From: Amphiscolops sp. MND2022
Taxonomy: Eukaryota
DNA: 64,000 nucleotides
Assembly (NCBI GenBank): GCA_964187785.1
Contig: OZ076409.1
Coordinates: forward strand, 18,538,001 to 18,602,000
Reading direction: 5' to 3'
In this document: positions 49,834 to 63,017 of the stretch, one piece after another
Position numbering within the stretch: position 1 is the stretch's first letter
Layout of the letters: each line of letters begins with the position of its first letter
Position numbers and translations under genes: made by a program
Notes under the pieces: model-generated
The model's database searches: none
The model's input: the letters and a program-made list of their open reading frames with translations, nothing else
What the model was told of the DNA's origin: nothing

Positions 49834-52762
49834 AGCCTGTGATTATTTTTCCATATGACTCCTCCTGAACCCAATTCACAGGTCAGATTCCAATATGGTT
49901 GTATAAGCTCTCATGCAAATTTTCACACAGCAGTCTCAAACACCGCGTTCCTCTCCAATTGCTTACCATCCTAATGGAAACTTTCGGTATCAAAATCGAA
50001 CAACTGACTGTGAAACACGGGGAAACGATCGGTATGGAAGAAAAATCTGTTGAAAAACCTTAACCAATCCTTCCGATTAACGTTCCAGCTGACTCATCAC
50101 AGTGGCATAATGAAGCCAACATTGCAGTAATGGCTCAAAACACCACGCACCACCAAGCGCTTCGATGCACACCTATTAATTGTAATTGTGGACGCATCTC
50201 CTTTGACGCCGTAGATATCACGTTTGGTAACCCGCTCTATGCGTCACGCAACACTACATACACAAATGGAATTCTGAATAACAAGAACCAACAATTCCAA
50301 GATACTCAGGAAAAAATCATCGAAGCATTTCATTGAAAAAGCTTTCATAAAGGCAATTACTATGGCAAAGCATTGGCGTCTGCACTCCAAGTCAACAATT
50401 TCACATTCCTACTCAACAAAAGTTTAGCACACTGTCTGAGAAACGTCTGTTCAGGAAACTCAAGTGCGAAGGACTATACAAGGTCGTAGAAGAAATATCC
50501 AACTCCAATTATTTAATCGGAAAAAATGGCACACTTCGCAGAGAATCCTTACAAAGAATGCTACTGATTAGGGCCATTAACACCCAACGAACCACTTACT
50601 CACATAGCCGACGACCCAACTGACCACTTCGAAGAGACCCAGGATCTCGATGAGCAACATCTCTTCGATTCCAACAATCCGCCAAAAATAATTGAGCAAC
50701 CTACCGAAGCCAAAACTGATCACCTAGATCTCGAAAACCCCAATTCAAAAGCTCCGAAACGGCAATTGCTCTGCACTTACAAAGCTTCATGAAAGTTATT
50801 GAAGTAACATGTAAAATTTGATCTAATAGTAAATCTTACTAATGTGCCTAAAGCCTATCTAATGTTCTCACTAATGTACCTTAACGCAAACAAGCCATCA
50901 TAAAACACACGCGAAGACTGCTACTCATCGTTGTTCCGCTCTCTGCGAGCAGTAATATAATCAATCAAACTCAATAAAATCCAGAGTAGTTTTCACATAT
51001 ATCACTTATGCATTTCAAGTCAAATCATCCCATCAGTATTACAAAACCTATTACTGTTTCCTGTCTACTTTTACGAGCCCGATGAAGTTGTCTTTAGTTC
51101 AATCAACACCTGCAGGTAGATCAAGCGATATAATAAACAAGACGCCGTGACATTTTGCTTATTGCAAAAAAAGTATGGCGAAGGAGAGGATCGAACCCAC
51201 AACCTACTGTCTGGTAAACAAAAAAAATCGAACCCAGGAACTGCAACCTGACTGTGCCACCATAAGTGAAGTATCTAAGTGCATTAATGGTGTAGAGATA
51301 ATGTGGAATCTTGGCAGAATTAGTAGAAAAAACGCATCACAGATCATGATATTCCTCCCCGATTCATATGGGCGGAAAATAAACAAGCTGATAACTTTTG
51401 GTTAGGTATTCACTTATTTGTTAACACCGATTTTGTTCCAAAGTCATAGTGTCAGTTGAGTGGGCTCGTCTTCAAAACCGGGTATGGGTGACCGGTTGTC
51501 GTATTCAGATGACGCTTACTCTTTAGAAATGGACTTGTTGTTGGTTTTGCACGGGTTTTCGTGACACCAAACCCTCTACCCTATTAATAACCGAACAACT
51601 AGCAAAATTTGTAAAACAAAGTTGTCACGCTGATTACAGCTAAGAACGTACAAGAAACGATCCGCAGCTGATCTTGTAAAACCAACGATAACTCAGTCAC
51701 AACAGCCTACATCATGTAACAATCAAACTAAAAATCAAAAAATAGTCCCCGTGTCACCAATAACGACTGCATCAAACAGACGTCAATGACTTACATCACG
51801 AGTCAAGACGTCTCAGGACCCACAGCGATGATGAGGTCATACATACTACGTTCTTTGTGCAGTAAATGCATTTAAAAACACATGAAAAAAAGTACCAAGT
51901 AGATGTTCAGTATTTAAAAAACCGGCAACAAGCGAACGCTCTTATTGTATAAATATCGAAGTTTCTAATGTTCAGTCTTTAAAAGCAGCTCCACTGACCT
52001 GTCGTGTTCTACCTGTATGATAAGAAAAGTCGTGAAAAGTTGTGGTAGTAGGATTTGGTGTGAGAACTTTTACCACTGGCTTCGAAAGCGGCCACCACAC
52101 AAGCTCGTCGAGAAATTAAAAAAGTAACTTACATACGACAACAAAACCATGCAAAGTCACGCATGCAAATCTACCCTGATAATTACAAATATCACAGGAA
52201 AAAGAACCTAACGCGTCAGGGACGTAGCTGACTAAATCACAAAACTTAATGACCGTTGTCTGCAGTCGTCGTTGCTCCGAAGTATTATACACTTGCAGTT
52301 CATTGTTCGCGCCACCGTTAGCTTAAGGTAACCAAATAACAAACAAACGACACAATGGCTGCTACACACAGTCATCCGCTGGAACCAGTGTCCTAAAAAA
52401 CCTGTGCTACTACTGTGTTTCTTCTAATTCATGCAGTTAACATGAAATCTACACGAAGTACAACACACTGCAAAACGCATATAAAAGTAAATATTCACGT
52501 TCAAACTAGCTGGACAATAACAATCCTGAAACAACTTGCAACAGAAATTTTCACGTTGAGAATTATTTGCTACTTCACATATGTCAGACAGTACAGGTTA
52601 ACTAACCCTACCTAACACAGTCAGAACCATAGTTGCTGGACAGTCCGTGAGTGGCGCGAGTCGAGACCACATCAGACGAAGCTTAGTCATAGGTAAGCCA
52701 GTTGTCTAAGCGGATTCGCAGTTAGGTTTGAGTTTTTTCGCCTGCAGAAACCTTCCTCAAGA

Positions 52763-55700
52763 TTAAAAAAAAATCCCCAATTGGAAGCAACACCCCTTCA
52801 AATCAAGCATATAACCTGTGAAACCTTCTAAGGTCCCCTTTACAAAAAAAGTCTCAGCGTTACGCTTCTTTCCAGCCAACGTTTCAAAAATCTTCTTTAC
52901 CAATCTCGAGCCCATCACGAATAGTAAACTCAGTACCACAGATATTTCGGCAGCAAAAAAAACTATTACTGGTAGAAAAATTGAATTCATCAAGTAAACT
53001 AGACGAACCCTGCCATACAGCGGACAGTAGCTCTCTCGGTGGCTACACATACCGAGTTGTTCTTTTTAGAAAAACCTCTCCTTTTTCCCACTACACAATG
53101 CCATTTTCCTTTCCTATCACAATCATCAAAGTAGTGCATCAGTCATCAAATACACACGAACTAGTAAACAAAAAACATGCAGAATACGAAAGTCTACAGC
53201 AGTTGGTAAAATTAAAAATGGAGGAACTCCGAAGATCATTTGTCATATTCAATGAAACAAACAAAATGTAAATCAGTTCAAAATACTACGTCCGAAAAAA
53301 ATGCAATCTATTCTGTTTATTCTCTTTAGAAGCAGTTCTTCGTCAGCAGCAAGAAATCACGATTGATGATAAAACTTATGCTCACGGTTACCAGATTCAT
53401 CTGATCCAGCCTCAGTACTGCTCTCCTCGAACAGAAAAGCAAGCACAGGTACCTCGCGTCCACTACTTTCTTCAACACGTGTCATTATTTTCATCCCATT
53501 GTCAGGTTTGCCTCCTTTTCGCTGACCACGGTTAGGAGACGTTTCACTGGATCACGCGCAGCTTCCTTTCGCATCGAACAAGACTTTGTTTCAGACTCCT
53601 TCCGTAAAACAATGTCTGACTGAAACTTCGTAACCGTCCACTGCTACTGACTAAGGTCACTTCAGCACGTTTCGACTTCACTGGACCTCGATGGGTTGAA
53701 CATGACACAGGCTCCATCAAACGCAACACCTCACACACAACGGATAGGTACTCGTCGACGACTGGCGGACTCGGTAAACATCCGGTAGACTCCAGCACTG
53801 TCACACAACGGGTGTACATGTTGTCGAACCCTCATTTCATCAACTGATCTCACGATATCTGTCTTGCCACACTCTGCAATTGCGTTTGCATACCGGAAGC
53901 TTCAGAACGTCGGATAAAGCGAATCTTTGTCTGTCGGGACTGGCCCGCAAAACCCGTCGTTATCGATTTCCTAAAACGTGTAAATTTGGTAGCATAGCGC
54001 ACTCGTCCAGTGTCGTACTGCCTAAATCAAAGAAGTCCACATCGTAAACACTGTGGAGCATGCCCCAAAGATGATCTGCATCACGCACATCGGAGAGAAT
54101 AGGACAGCCACAAAACAACAATGTCGTCACAAACAGGCATCCCAGTCGCACTAGGCGCCTACCGTCGCTTGAAGTGAGACACGGTACAGGTGAATGATAA
54201 CTCCTCCGTGGTCATTAATGCACAAGTGGCCGAAACTGACCACAGGTTTCCACAAGAACCAAACTGAATCAGGGTAGAAAAGCATTCTTGTTCGTAGTCA
54301 ACAATACAGGCCTCACAGATTCTACGAATAACTTCCGTTTTTTGTAGAAAAAGGGACGCTGACAGCTGACATCGAACCTAAAGTATGGATCAAACAACGC
54401 TTGAAGTTGAGCTTCATCGACTACTTTCGTCCTATAAATCCCTGTGACTTCCAAATCAGCAGGTAAGGCTTGGGTTCCAGACACCAGGGTCATCAAACTG
54501 AGTACGTACGACACCTGCCAGCTCACATTCAAAACACAAGTTTCTGACAAATCTTGCTCCACACACTCGATGACACTGCGCAACAACTGAAACACACACA
54601 AAAGGAAAGACACAAAAGAGTTCATCAAAGCATCGACCTGACAGAATACGACGCTCTCACGGTTGTTTCAAAAAACTCAAAATACCATAAAACAAAAAAC
54701 TCAAAAACTACGGATGAAATACTTACTCGTTTCAACAAGGAACTTTGGGACAGCAAAACGCGGACGTGTCATCGCATCACTGAACACCTGAGTCTCCATG
54801 CACGCTTTTCGTCTAGGTCTCAGGCATTGCATTTGTCCAGTTTACACTAAAGTAGAGACCAAGATTGTCCCGCCGCTCGACTAGTTCTCCCTACAGAACA
54901 GCCAACTCTAGCACTTAATGAACACCACCACAGACAAAATAGGACTGAAAGAACCACAAAATTGCTCGAGCCTCAATCTACTGTAGCGACTTACGCTCAC
55001 GCTTGACAAAACCTTATCTAAAGCCAAATGGGAAAAGCACAAAAACTAAACGAACGAAACAAAATCAAATCCATGAAACTATTATTATAAACAAACCAAC
55101 TTCATGCAACATCGGTATTCGGTCAAAATCTGCGTCCAAAATAACGGGTGATATGTGGAAGCGAAAGTATTCTAGGACGCCAAATGGTTCCAGATCGGTA
55201 AACTCCTTGAGAAACTGACGCCTGAAAAGATCTATCAGGCATTCCAGATCAAACTGTCGAAAGATCAATGGCACAGCAGGAATGTGACACTGTAGCAATA
55301 GCACCCCGGTCTAATGTTTCCACACACACTCACAATGGACGAGCAGCCAGCAAAAGAACCCACATACGTTAGCGATGCAAGAACGTTCTTCAACATGAAA
55401 CGCTCCCATTGGTGACCTCCAGCAATATAAGCCAGAACTAGTGTCTTTATAGCCAACCCATCTAGAGCATAGCAGTCCAGACGACGGAGTGTTCAGTCCA
55501 CGTGCACTTTTGACTCGAAACGTGCTCCGGTCGACAATATTTCTAACTTTTCCATTACGTACAGGTACATCATCCCTTACAGAACCCAGAACCAGACTGT
55601 AGAGGAAAGAATGAACAGTCTGTGCAGCGATGACAGAAATTAGCAGACACTCACTTGTCTTTTTTACACAAGCCTGAACACTACCCTCAATGTTACTTAA

Positions 55701-57420
55701 GCACACCAATCCATAACGCAATTGAGGGCCTACAAATCTCGGTTTAGTGCCTTTTGACCTTCTTAGAAACCAAATTAAAAAGATAAACACACACTCTTTA
55801 CCTGACATTTTGGGTACGTCAATGATCTCCCGACCAAAGCCATCTCTCCTGTCATACGTCAGCCCAATTTCGACGAAGTTGAAAACATTCCCGAAGTTCG
55901 TCATTGACACAAATCAGTTCATAAAACAACATATACAAACGTACACAGCACCAGACTCGGACACGTGCAAGTTCTACCCTGCATTAGCTTCGGCTAACTC
56001 GATCGCCTCAGCTCGTCGCCCGAGGGTAGACTCCAGAAACATTGGCGGTTCTGACATCCACTCTGCCATGATTCGCCTATCCTAGAAGCAGAGACAACGC
56101 CTCACGACGCCAGTCCTGACGGCGCGACACTCTTTTTACCAAACTCTGATGGGACCAATGAACCTCCCGGCATACACAGGCATACTACCGGGATGTGTCT
56201 CGTAGTGAGCATCCTACCACCTGCGATGCTTTCAGCGACACTGCTCACTCGTGAAAGGGGACGATTTAACGGGTCATTCACGTCCGGTAAGAATATCAGC
56301 TGTTCCGTCTCTCTCATAGCTTCTTTTAACTTGCAGACGAACTTAGCAGTTGCTAGAGCACCCATCGTTTCCAGTTTTCCCAGAGATGACCCAATTGATG
56401 CCTTTATCCACTACTGCATGTCCTTCTCTAATTAAGCGAGTAGAACAGCAAATTGACCATCCCGACCTCCTCACGGACTCCTGCATTCACTAATATAACC
56501 CTATTGAAAACTGAATGTAACAGTACCTGGATTGCATACCACACGCATCCACTCAACCCAACAGTGGACACAAAACCTTGCCACAACGGTAGTCACGCTT
56601 ACACAAGCCAGGCGGAAAGGGTTACTTGAATCATCTTCATATTTACCAGCATCAACAGAATCGAGAAGTCAGGAAAGAAGCAAGTGGTCGAAACAACGGC
56701 GATGTATCCTCTTGCCAACAGACAAACCGCCCTCCACTCACTGCACGGTGATACCAACGGAGATGATCATCAACTACAGATGCCTACGCGATACCACTAC
56801 GAGCCAATGACCTAAAATGACTGAGTAACCTCAATAGAATCATTACCTGCTACCCTTGCAATGGAGCAACACACAAATCTGAGATGACTTACCAAACTGC
56901 TGAAAGAGAACGAGTCTAATAACTCACCAAACACTACAGCATTTTACAAATCAACTCAGGACGAAAACGGACAACACGGCCCAGAGGACGGCGACAATTC
57001 TGGCAAGTCAAATTGCCTCCATTTGACATGAGCCACACATCCTCAGCTCTTGACAGCCTGCTCTCTGCTTTCGACACAAGTTCCGACGACGGAATATCGA
57101 AGGCATTGGCCTTTTTGTCACTTGACATATTAACGACCAAGGGTGCAACCGATGAAACGATAAAGTAAGACCAACTGCTTCAACAAATTGAACTGCTCAT
57201 CTGTCCAAGAAAAGGGAAGTGCGGACTGATCATCCAAACTATGGAGTGGTTTATTTGGTTTTGTTCCAATGAAATGACTGTTGATGTAGTCATATGTAAA
57301 ACATCTGTTCCGGGTAGATAAACCGGAAAATGTTCGGTAAAATTGGTCAAAAAGTCGAGTGCAAAAATCGGTGATTTTGTCTAGGAGTCTACATAAAACG
57401 TTTAGGTTTAGTGAACTCAT
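52763..57420 (-). pseudogene. Unidentified long decayed coding region (minus strand)
   Basis: A chain of minus-strand ORF fragments (57130-57420, 56934-57140, 56102-56365, 55311-55910, 55065-55304, 54269-54628, 53960-54151, 53544-53819, 52763-53050) with protein-like composition; no family recognised. Confidence 0.45.
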
Positions 57421-58402
57421 CGATTACGTTGTAAAAAACTCAATACATGCTGTGGACTATTACATCTCTTTCTGAAACCTTGTTCAATTAGGCTATACAA
57501 TCCGTCAATTTATATGTAAGGAGTTTCTGCATATGGCTCTGTGGGAAAAACAAATTCCAAAACAGGTCTAAAGAGAGCACCGACGAATAGTTAGGGCAGT
57601 ATTTTCAAGCAGAGAATGGATTCACTGACTGAAACCCCGACCTAAGAAGGTAATCTCACTGTTTTCTAGTTGTACTTGTTGAACTGAAAAAAATTCATGC
57701 AACCTAGATTGGAGTCACGCAAACAGTTTTGGACCTAGAAATTACAGCCGAAAATATATGCGTACCCATGTTAAGTGAAAAACAACTACTTTACCATCCT
57801 TTCACTGTATATTTGGTTTAAACTGTATAACTCATCAACTCGCTACGCGTAGCTCATACTTGGGTAAAGGAATTCTGCGCAATTCCTATGTGTTTGAAAA
57901 ATTTGCTGGTAGTAACTGCCAAGATGTTTATGACAATTACAAAGCGACAATTTGTAGACAACAAAGATCTTTTCATTATGTTCTTAGATATATCGCAATT
58001 AGGTAAGACACATTTTTGGGTTTCACGGGCGCAACCTTTGAAGAGAAGAAATACTGTTTTGCGTCCTAAGTGGATATTTCATGAAATCGAAGAAATCATT
58101 TCTTTTTGTTTGCTTGTTTACTTCTGAAACAGCCAACTGAAGAAATTGTTCTTGTTCCATTGAACTGTCAAAATTGAACTTCACATTTTTTCTCGAAAAA
58201 ATCATCACGTCTAATCCCGAATGAAATAAAAGCGAAGGTTATGGAATCATTTTCAATCATTTATTCGTCCTCATTATCGGGATATCTTAATTTGAACTAG
58301 GAAATCAAAGTTTTTCATAGCTTTTTCTATCCACTTTTGTCGAAAAAGCCTGAAGCTGAAATAATTGTTTACAGAAAAATGATAAGATCAATATGAGACA
58401 AT

Positions 58403-58443
58403 AGGTTTCGCTCGCTTTGCTTCGCTTTATTTGGTCGCCTAAA
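58403..58443 (-). repeat. Terminal motif of a small dispersed repeat (taggcgac...gcgaagc...gcgagcg), possibly Helentron/DINE-like
   Basis: Similar motif on + at 60851-60880; class assignment from recall only. Confidence 0.3.
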
Positions 58444-59461
58444 TGTAGCATCGTTTCCATTGATTTTTGATTTTTGAAGCTCTTACTTCATGTAGACTTG
58501 ATACAAATGAAAGAATGTTACAATCGAAATAATGTCTAGCAAGTTTGATACGTGTTTCTAAAATTAGATGTTTCAAAAGAGCAGCCAACAAAACCGGAGC
58601 AGCCGCCGGACGATTTTCCAGTGACTGTTGGGAATTTTTAAAATTCGCACTAAAACTATTGAAACAAAACACAGACGTTCCTTTTGCAGCTTTCATGTAC
58701 AATGAAATCATTAAAAAAACAATTTTGATCTTACTTGAGCACAGATGACTTCCTCAGAACAGAAAATTGGCATAACTTTGAAATCTTTAGCTACTAACGG
58801 ATGACCACGAATGACCAGATGTTTTGTAGACTTTCCAAAAGCAGTCAGCAATCTTACTGTTAAAACAATTAAAACGTGAAAGTGTTTCATTGTAACAGAG
58901 GTGATTGTCACAGCCATCTCTGGTTCTTTGCCTGAATTTTGTCATGCAAGTTTCACCACATTGTTAAAGCTTCAACACTTTGAAAGTTCGAAATTCCTTT
59001 TACGTTTATTTTATTGACTTGTGGAATGATGGAAATCAACAAAAGTGACAATGGGTTAATTTTTACTGGCATCTTGAACGGTTCCAAGTTTGTAATATTT
59101 TTTTACTTCTTTTCATATGTAGATTTAGAATTGAAATTATAAATACTTTGAAAGAATGTAAAACATATAACAATAAAACAGAAAAGACATAGAGAAGAAA
59201 AATCCATATATAAGTTGATTTCGTGCTTTTTCCTGTTTCCGTAGTCTAGAGCAGATTGCCAACTGGATAAAAACTGCTTCCAATGGTTGTTTAGTCACCG
59301 AATCTCTATCAATGGACCGGGATGGTCCATTGATGAGTTCAGAATAGTCGTTGTGACTTTCGAATATTTTGTGAGAGATTTCCAAATTTTGGTTTCTATT
59401 CCTGAACAAGTCTGGATCAGGTCTGCCACGAAATATCAGTTCGGGTATAATCTTGTTTCAG

Positions 59462-59589
59462 GGAGGAGCAACTCTCGTCGGTCGCCAAAACTAAGCTGCC
59501 CATGACAGTGGTCACAAAAATGAACAGCAGCGTCGACGAGAATTTGCGGCCGAAAAACTTTTCCTCTCCTGTTGAGTCTTTTTCACAGG
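59462..59589 (+). CDS. Possible upstream exon of the DEG/ENaC gene
   Basis: ttgtttcag acceptor; open frame EEQLSSVAKTKLPMTVVTKMNSSVDENLRPKNFSSPVESFSQ; GT donor in phase 1, matching the next exon; donor is weak. Confidence 0.35.
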
Positions 59590-59898
59590 GTTGGCAATTT
59601 TAAAATATTCGCGAAACTGTTGAAATACCAGCCAAAGGTTAATAGAGCTTTTTTCGCTGTATCACAAAAATTCCCGAAAAAATTTTCAAGTTTCATGCTT
59701 CAAAAAATGCTCCAAAAATTCATGCAATTTTTGATAACCCTAGACTGAAAATACACCCATTTTTATGTTACCAATGTTACCACAAAACCACATTAAAACA
59801 ACGCTATAAATACTTGAATAAAAACATTTTGTTGCCGAACAAATTGCTTGATTTAATTTATTAGTAAAATTCACTCGCCAATCCTACTGTTTCCCTAG

Positions 59899-60093
59899 AA
59901 GAGGAAGATACATTTACATTTGGGGGAATCGGGAGGTTCCAGAGTCAGCAAAGGATCCGAGATGAATTTGTGTCGGCTGAGATTGGCAACGAGAACGAGT
60001 TGAAGAGAAGAACGAGAGAAGCTTATGCTGTGTTGAAACTTTGTTGCAGCGAAAGTTCTCTTCCGGGGCTACCGCATTTTGTCAACTCGGAAG
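59899..60093 (+). CDS. DEG/ENaC (degenerin/ASIC/pickpocket family) channel exon: cytoplasmic N-terminus up to the pre-TM1 motif
   Basis: tttccctag acceptor and GT donor; open frame ending CCSESSLPGLPHFVNSE-G at the position of the F.....T/SxHG motif; phase 1 matches the exon at 63018. Confidence 0.75.
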
Positions 60094-60850
60094 GTGAATT
60101 CCATTTCATTATTTAACGCCAACTTTTCGATATGTAATTTTCAATATTTATATTTTTCAAAGCGCCAACGTCTCTAATATATTCATTCTACAAACAAGTT
60201 CCGATAGCAAAAAAAGACTCAAATTTTGATCAGCAATACGAGGGTATTTTTTGTTTTGAAATCGAATTGAAATTTAAAAGACATATCACATTGCAAGTCG
60301 AGGATTTTTGGAAATTTTTGAATTTGATTAAGCAATATCTCGAAACTACTGGTCACAAGAAAAATCTCCTAAAATCATTTTTGTAGCCGTGGCAGGGCTG
60401 TGATGTTGTAAGCGAAAGTTTTACAACAATAACATCAAACAATGCTCATGATGCAAATAAGCCATTCCGATCATTAAAGACCTTGATGCTCTAATATGGG
60501 CAATTGTATCATTTTTCACGTACCGATCGTTTTCTTTTGCAGCTGTTCAATTTTTTTGATGAAGAAAATGCCAAAAAATTTGTCGGATTTATGCCTTTTC
60601 TGTAACATTTTGAGCAAAAAAATGCAAATCTATCAAGAATTTTGCAAGAGTTATATTCTAAACTTGCATTTTCTTACAGGATCTCACAAGAATTCTTGTA
60701 AGATTTTTACAAGAGTTGTGATTTTTGTAATTTAGGGTATACACTTATTGCGATTTGAGTTTTTAAATCAAGAGTCGTTAGCTTTTTGGTACCCTAGTGT
60801 ATCAATCGCCTCTTGAATTACTTTTGTCTTTCTCTACTTTTTTTCTCTTT

Positions 60851-60900
60851 TTAAGGCGACGAGCGAAGCGAGATGCCTTACTGTTTGCGTCGGGTTTTTT
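60851..60900 (+). repeat. Terminal motif taaggcgacgagcgaagcgag of a small dispersed repeat
   Basis: Related to 58403-58443 in opposite orientation. Confidence 0.3.
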
Positions 60901-61129
60901 CGCCGAAACGTGACATACCTCTGCATTAGTAAAAGTTTCGGCTATTTTCTCTCCAAGCCTATTTCTCCGAGACAATTCAAAATTTTAAAAACAGAGCCGC
61001 AAATGAATTCCCTTTCTGGTCATGTTAGAAGGTTCCGAAAATTTTCCGCGTGGGCGATTTCATTTGCTTCGAAAACACAATTTTTGCGAAAAAATTAAAG
61101 GTTTTTTCCAATTTTGCGTAATTTTACCA

Positions 61130-61810
61130 CTTGAACCATAATGAACCGTCTCAAAATGGGTACCAACTGACGCAAAAGGATGTCTTCGTTAAGGTCGTGA
61201 AAGTTTCTTTATCTTACAATTATTGGGCGTTGAGAAAATGGCGAATGAAAATCGGAATTTTTTGTGTTTCTTATCGAAAAAAATTTCGCTATGTACATTT
61301 TGCTCAATTTTACTACTTAAACGACATCGAACCGGCTCATAATTAGTACCGACCGACGCAAGAGGATGTCTTCTCTAAGCACATGAAAGTTTCATTATTC
61401 TACAATCATTGGTTGTTGAGAAAATGGCGAATAAAAATCGGAAAATTTTGGGGTGTTTTTGCTAATTTTGACATTCCTGTTTGTATGTGGTTGGGCCATT
61501 TTGCGACAAACCATTGCTCCGAAGCTATCCGAATTATCCGAAAAAACTACTACCATTGATTATTTTTCTGACAATGTAAAATTTCTACGGAAATTTTCTA
61601 TCACCGCGATTTTATTAGCTTCGAATGAATTTTCCGACTACTTTACGGTTTTCGTTGATTTTGCTAATTTCACTATTTGAACCACATCAAACCGGCCCAA
61701 TTTAAAGAAAAACTGTCACTGGCGGATGATATATTCAATCTGGTGAAAGTTTCATCCTAAGATTATTCGGCATTGCGAAAATGGTTGTTAAAATTGGAAA
61801 TTTTAAGGGT
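61130..61810 (+). repeat. Diverged ~190-bp repeat, three copies in the channel intron
   Basis: Recurring blocks gaacc.../ggatgtcttc/tgaaagtttc/gaaaatggcgaat.aaaatcggaa at ~61131, ~61316 and ~61675. Confidence 0.7.
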
Positions 61811-62870
61811 TTTCAAAAAAGTTCCTCAGCTTGTTCTCGCTTGTCACTTCTGATGTATCAGCGGTATTTCGAGCTGATATCACACCTGAGTAGGTGTCCA
61901 AATTTGAAAATTGAAAAGTCGACATATTGATGAGAAAAGTATAGACCAAGAACTTTTCGATTCTCAATTTTTTGATCAATTGTAAATTTGTTGTTTTTCC
62001 CTACCTCCAAATTGTAATTGTGTCAATAGCACCGGTTCTTTTTTGGGCTTGACAGCTCACTTGTGTAGCTGCAAAATTTCGGTTTATGTTAAATGCTCTA
62101 TCTAGCGTCTACTGCCGCAGAGATTACTGTCAATCACATCGTCTCGTACAAGTGACCTAGGCAACGCTCTTTGACGTAATACAATGAAAGATCATATGAT
62201 CCCTGGACACGAGCTGGAATCAATTTTCTTGCTGAATAATTTGAAGCCTCGAAGAGATCCTCTGCTCGGAGCCGTTGCGCAATGGCAGTTGCGCCTTTGT
62301 TTTCTATTTTTTTTCTCAACAAAGAGAGTTTGTTCATTAGAATTCAACTACGAAAATGTTTGGTGTCGTACCATATATATTTTAAAAGAAATCTCTATTT
62401 TTGAAAAGTACCATAACAAAAAAAACTCAAGGTTACTTCTCCTTTCGAACTTTGCAGCAAGTTTTGATCAATATCATAGATGTATGTTGCTTAAGTCAGG
62501 GCGGGAAACATTGCGCGTTTTGATTCACACAAAACATTGTAAAATCTCAGTTTTAGTTTTTTTACTCTTCTTTTTTTTCTATGAAAATTTCAAAAAGTTG
62601 ATGTCTTTTGAGGTCATGATGATTCGCAAAGGGCCGCAAAAACAAAACTCCTGGTGGATGAAAGACTACGCATATTTTTTTAATGTCTCCAAAAGGTCCC
62701 CCTTCATTTTTTTCTATTTTGCAAAAAAATGGATGTTCAAAAACTTCCAAAGGCCCCACCTTTACGTTTTTCGGCACTATGCGACTTGTTGGAGACCAAA
62801 AAAAATCGAAAAAAATTCGGAATATTTTTTCAATTTTTTCCTCACGCGGGTACTGTAGAAGAGAATACTT

Positions 62871-62921
62871 GACACTTTGAAGTCCTTTTGCTATTTTTGA
62901 GCCTTAGATATGGCGCCGACT
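62871..62921 (+). repeat. GGCGCCGACT repeat core, copy 2 (element extends upstream to ~62600)
   Basis: Matches 5560-5610 and is the reverse complement of 63624-63674 (48/51). Confidence 0.88.
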
Positions 62922-63017
62922 TGGGCCGTTCTTGTTTTTTTCCTGGAAACTAAGTGTTTGAAAATTAAAACATAAACATTTTACTTTACAATCAATGACC
63001 TATTTTTATGTTGCCAG

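Larger units (their letters stand above)
43700..50790 (+). mobile_element. Gypsy-D: heavily decayed Ty3/Gypsy element (LTRs not confirmed)
   Basis: gag knuckles GNCRYC...YGHKWAE and CQICGNVGYSAK; protease DTGA; RT pieces (PVYAQSLPTP, AYHCLQMA, KVDDVGIAA); RH (VICDAN, FDEFAHMLLG...VMTD); integrase interrupted at 48659. Confidence 0.85.

Noticed and set aside
50800-51000. 3' LTR of Gypsy-D (aataaa followed by ...ttttcaca)
   Set aside because: No PPT in front and no matching 5' copy near 43.6 kb, so it is not called.
52763-57420. DIRS/tyrosine-recombinase retrotransposon or RdRp gene
   Set aside because: No YxDD, RHRY, GDD/GDN or helicase motif was found in the frames I could translate, so it is left unassigned.
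62184-62858. 224-aa ORF in the channel intron
   Set aside because: Low-complexity F/K/L-rich translation of AT-rich repeat DNA that overlaps the dispersed repeat, with no domain motif.
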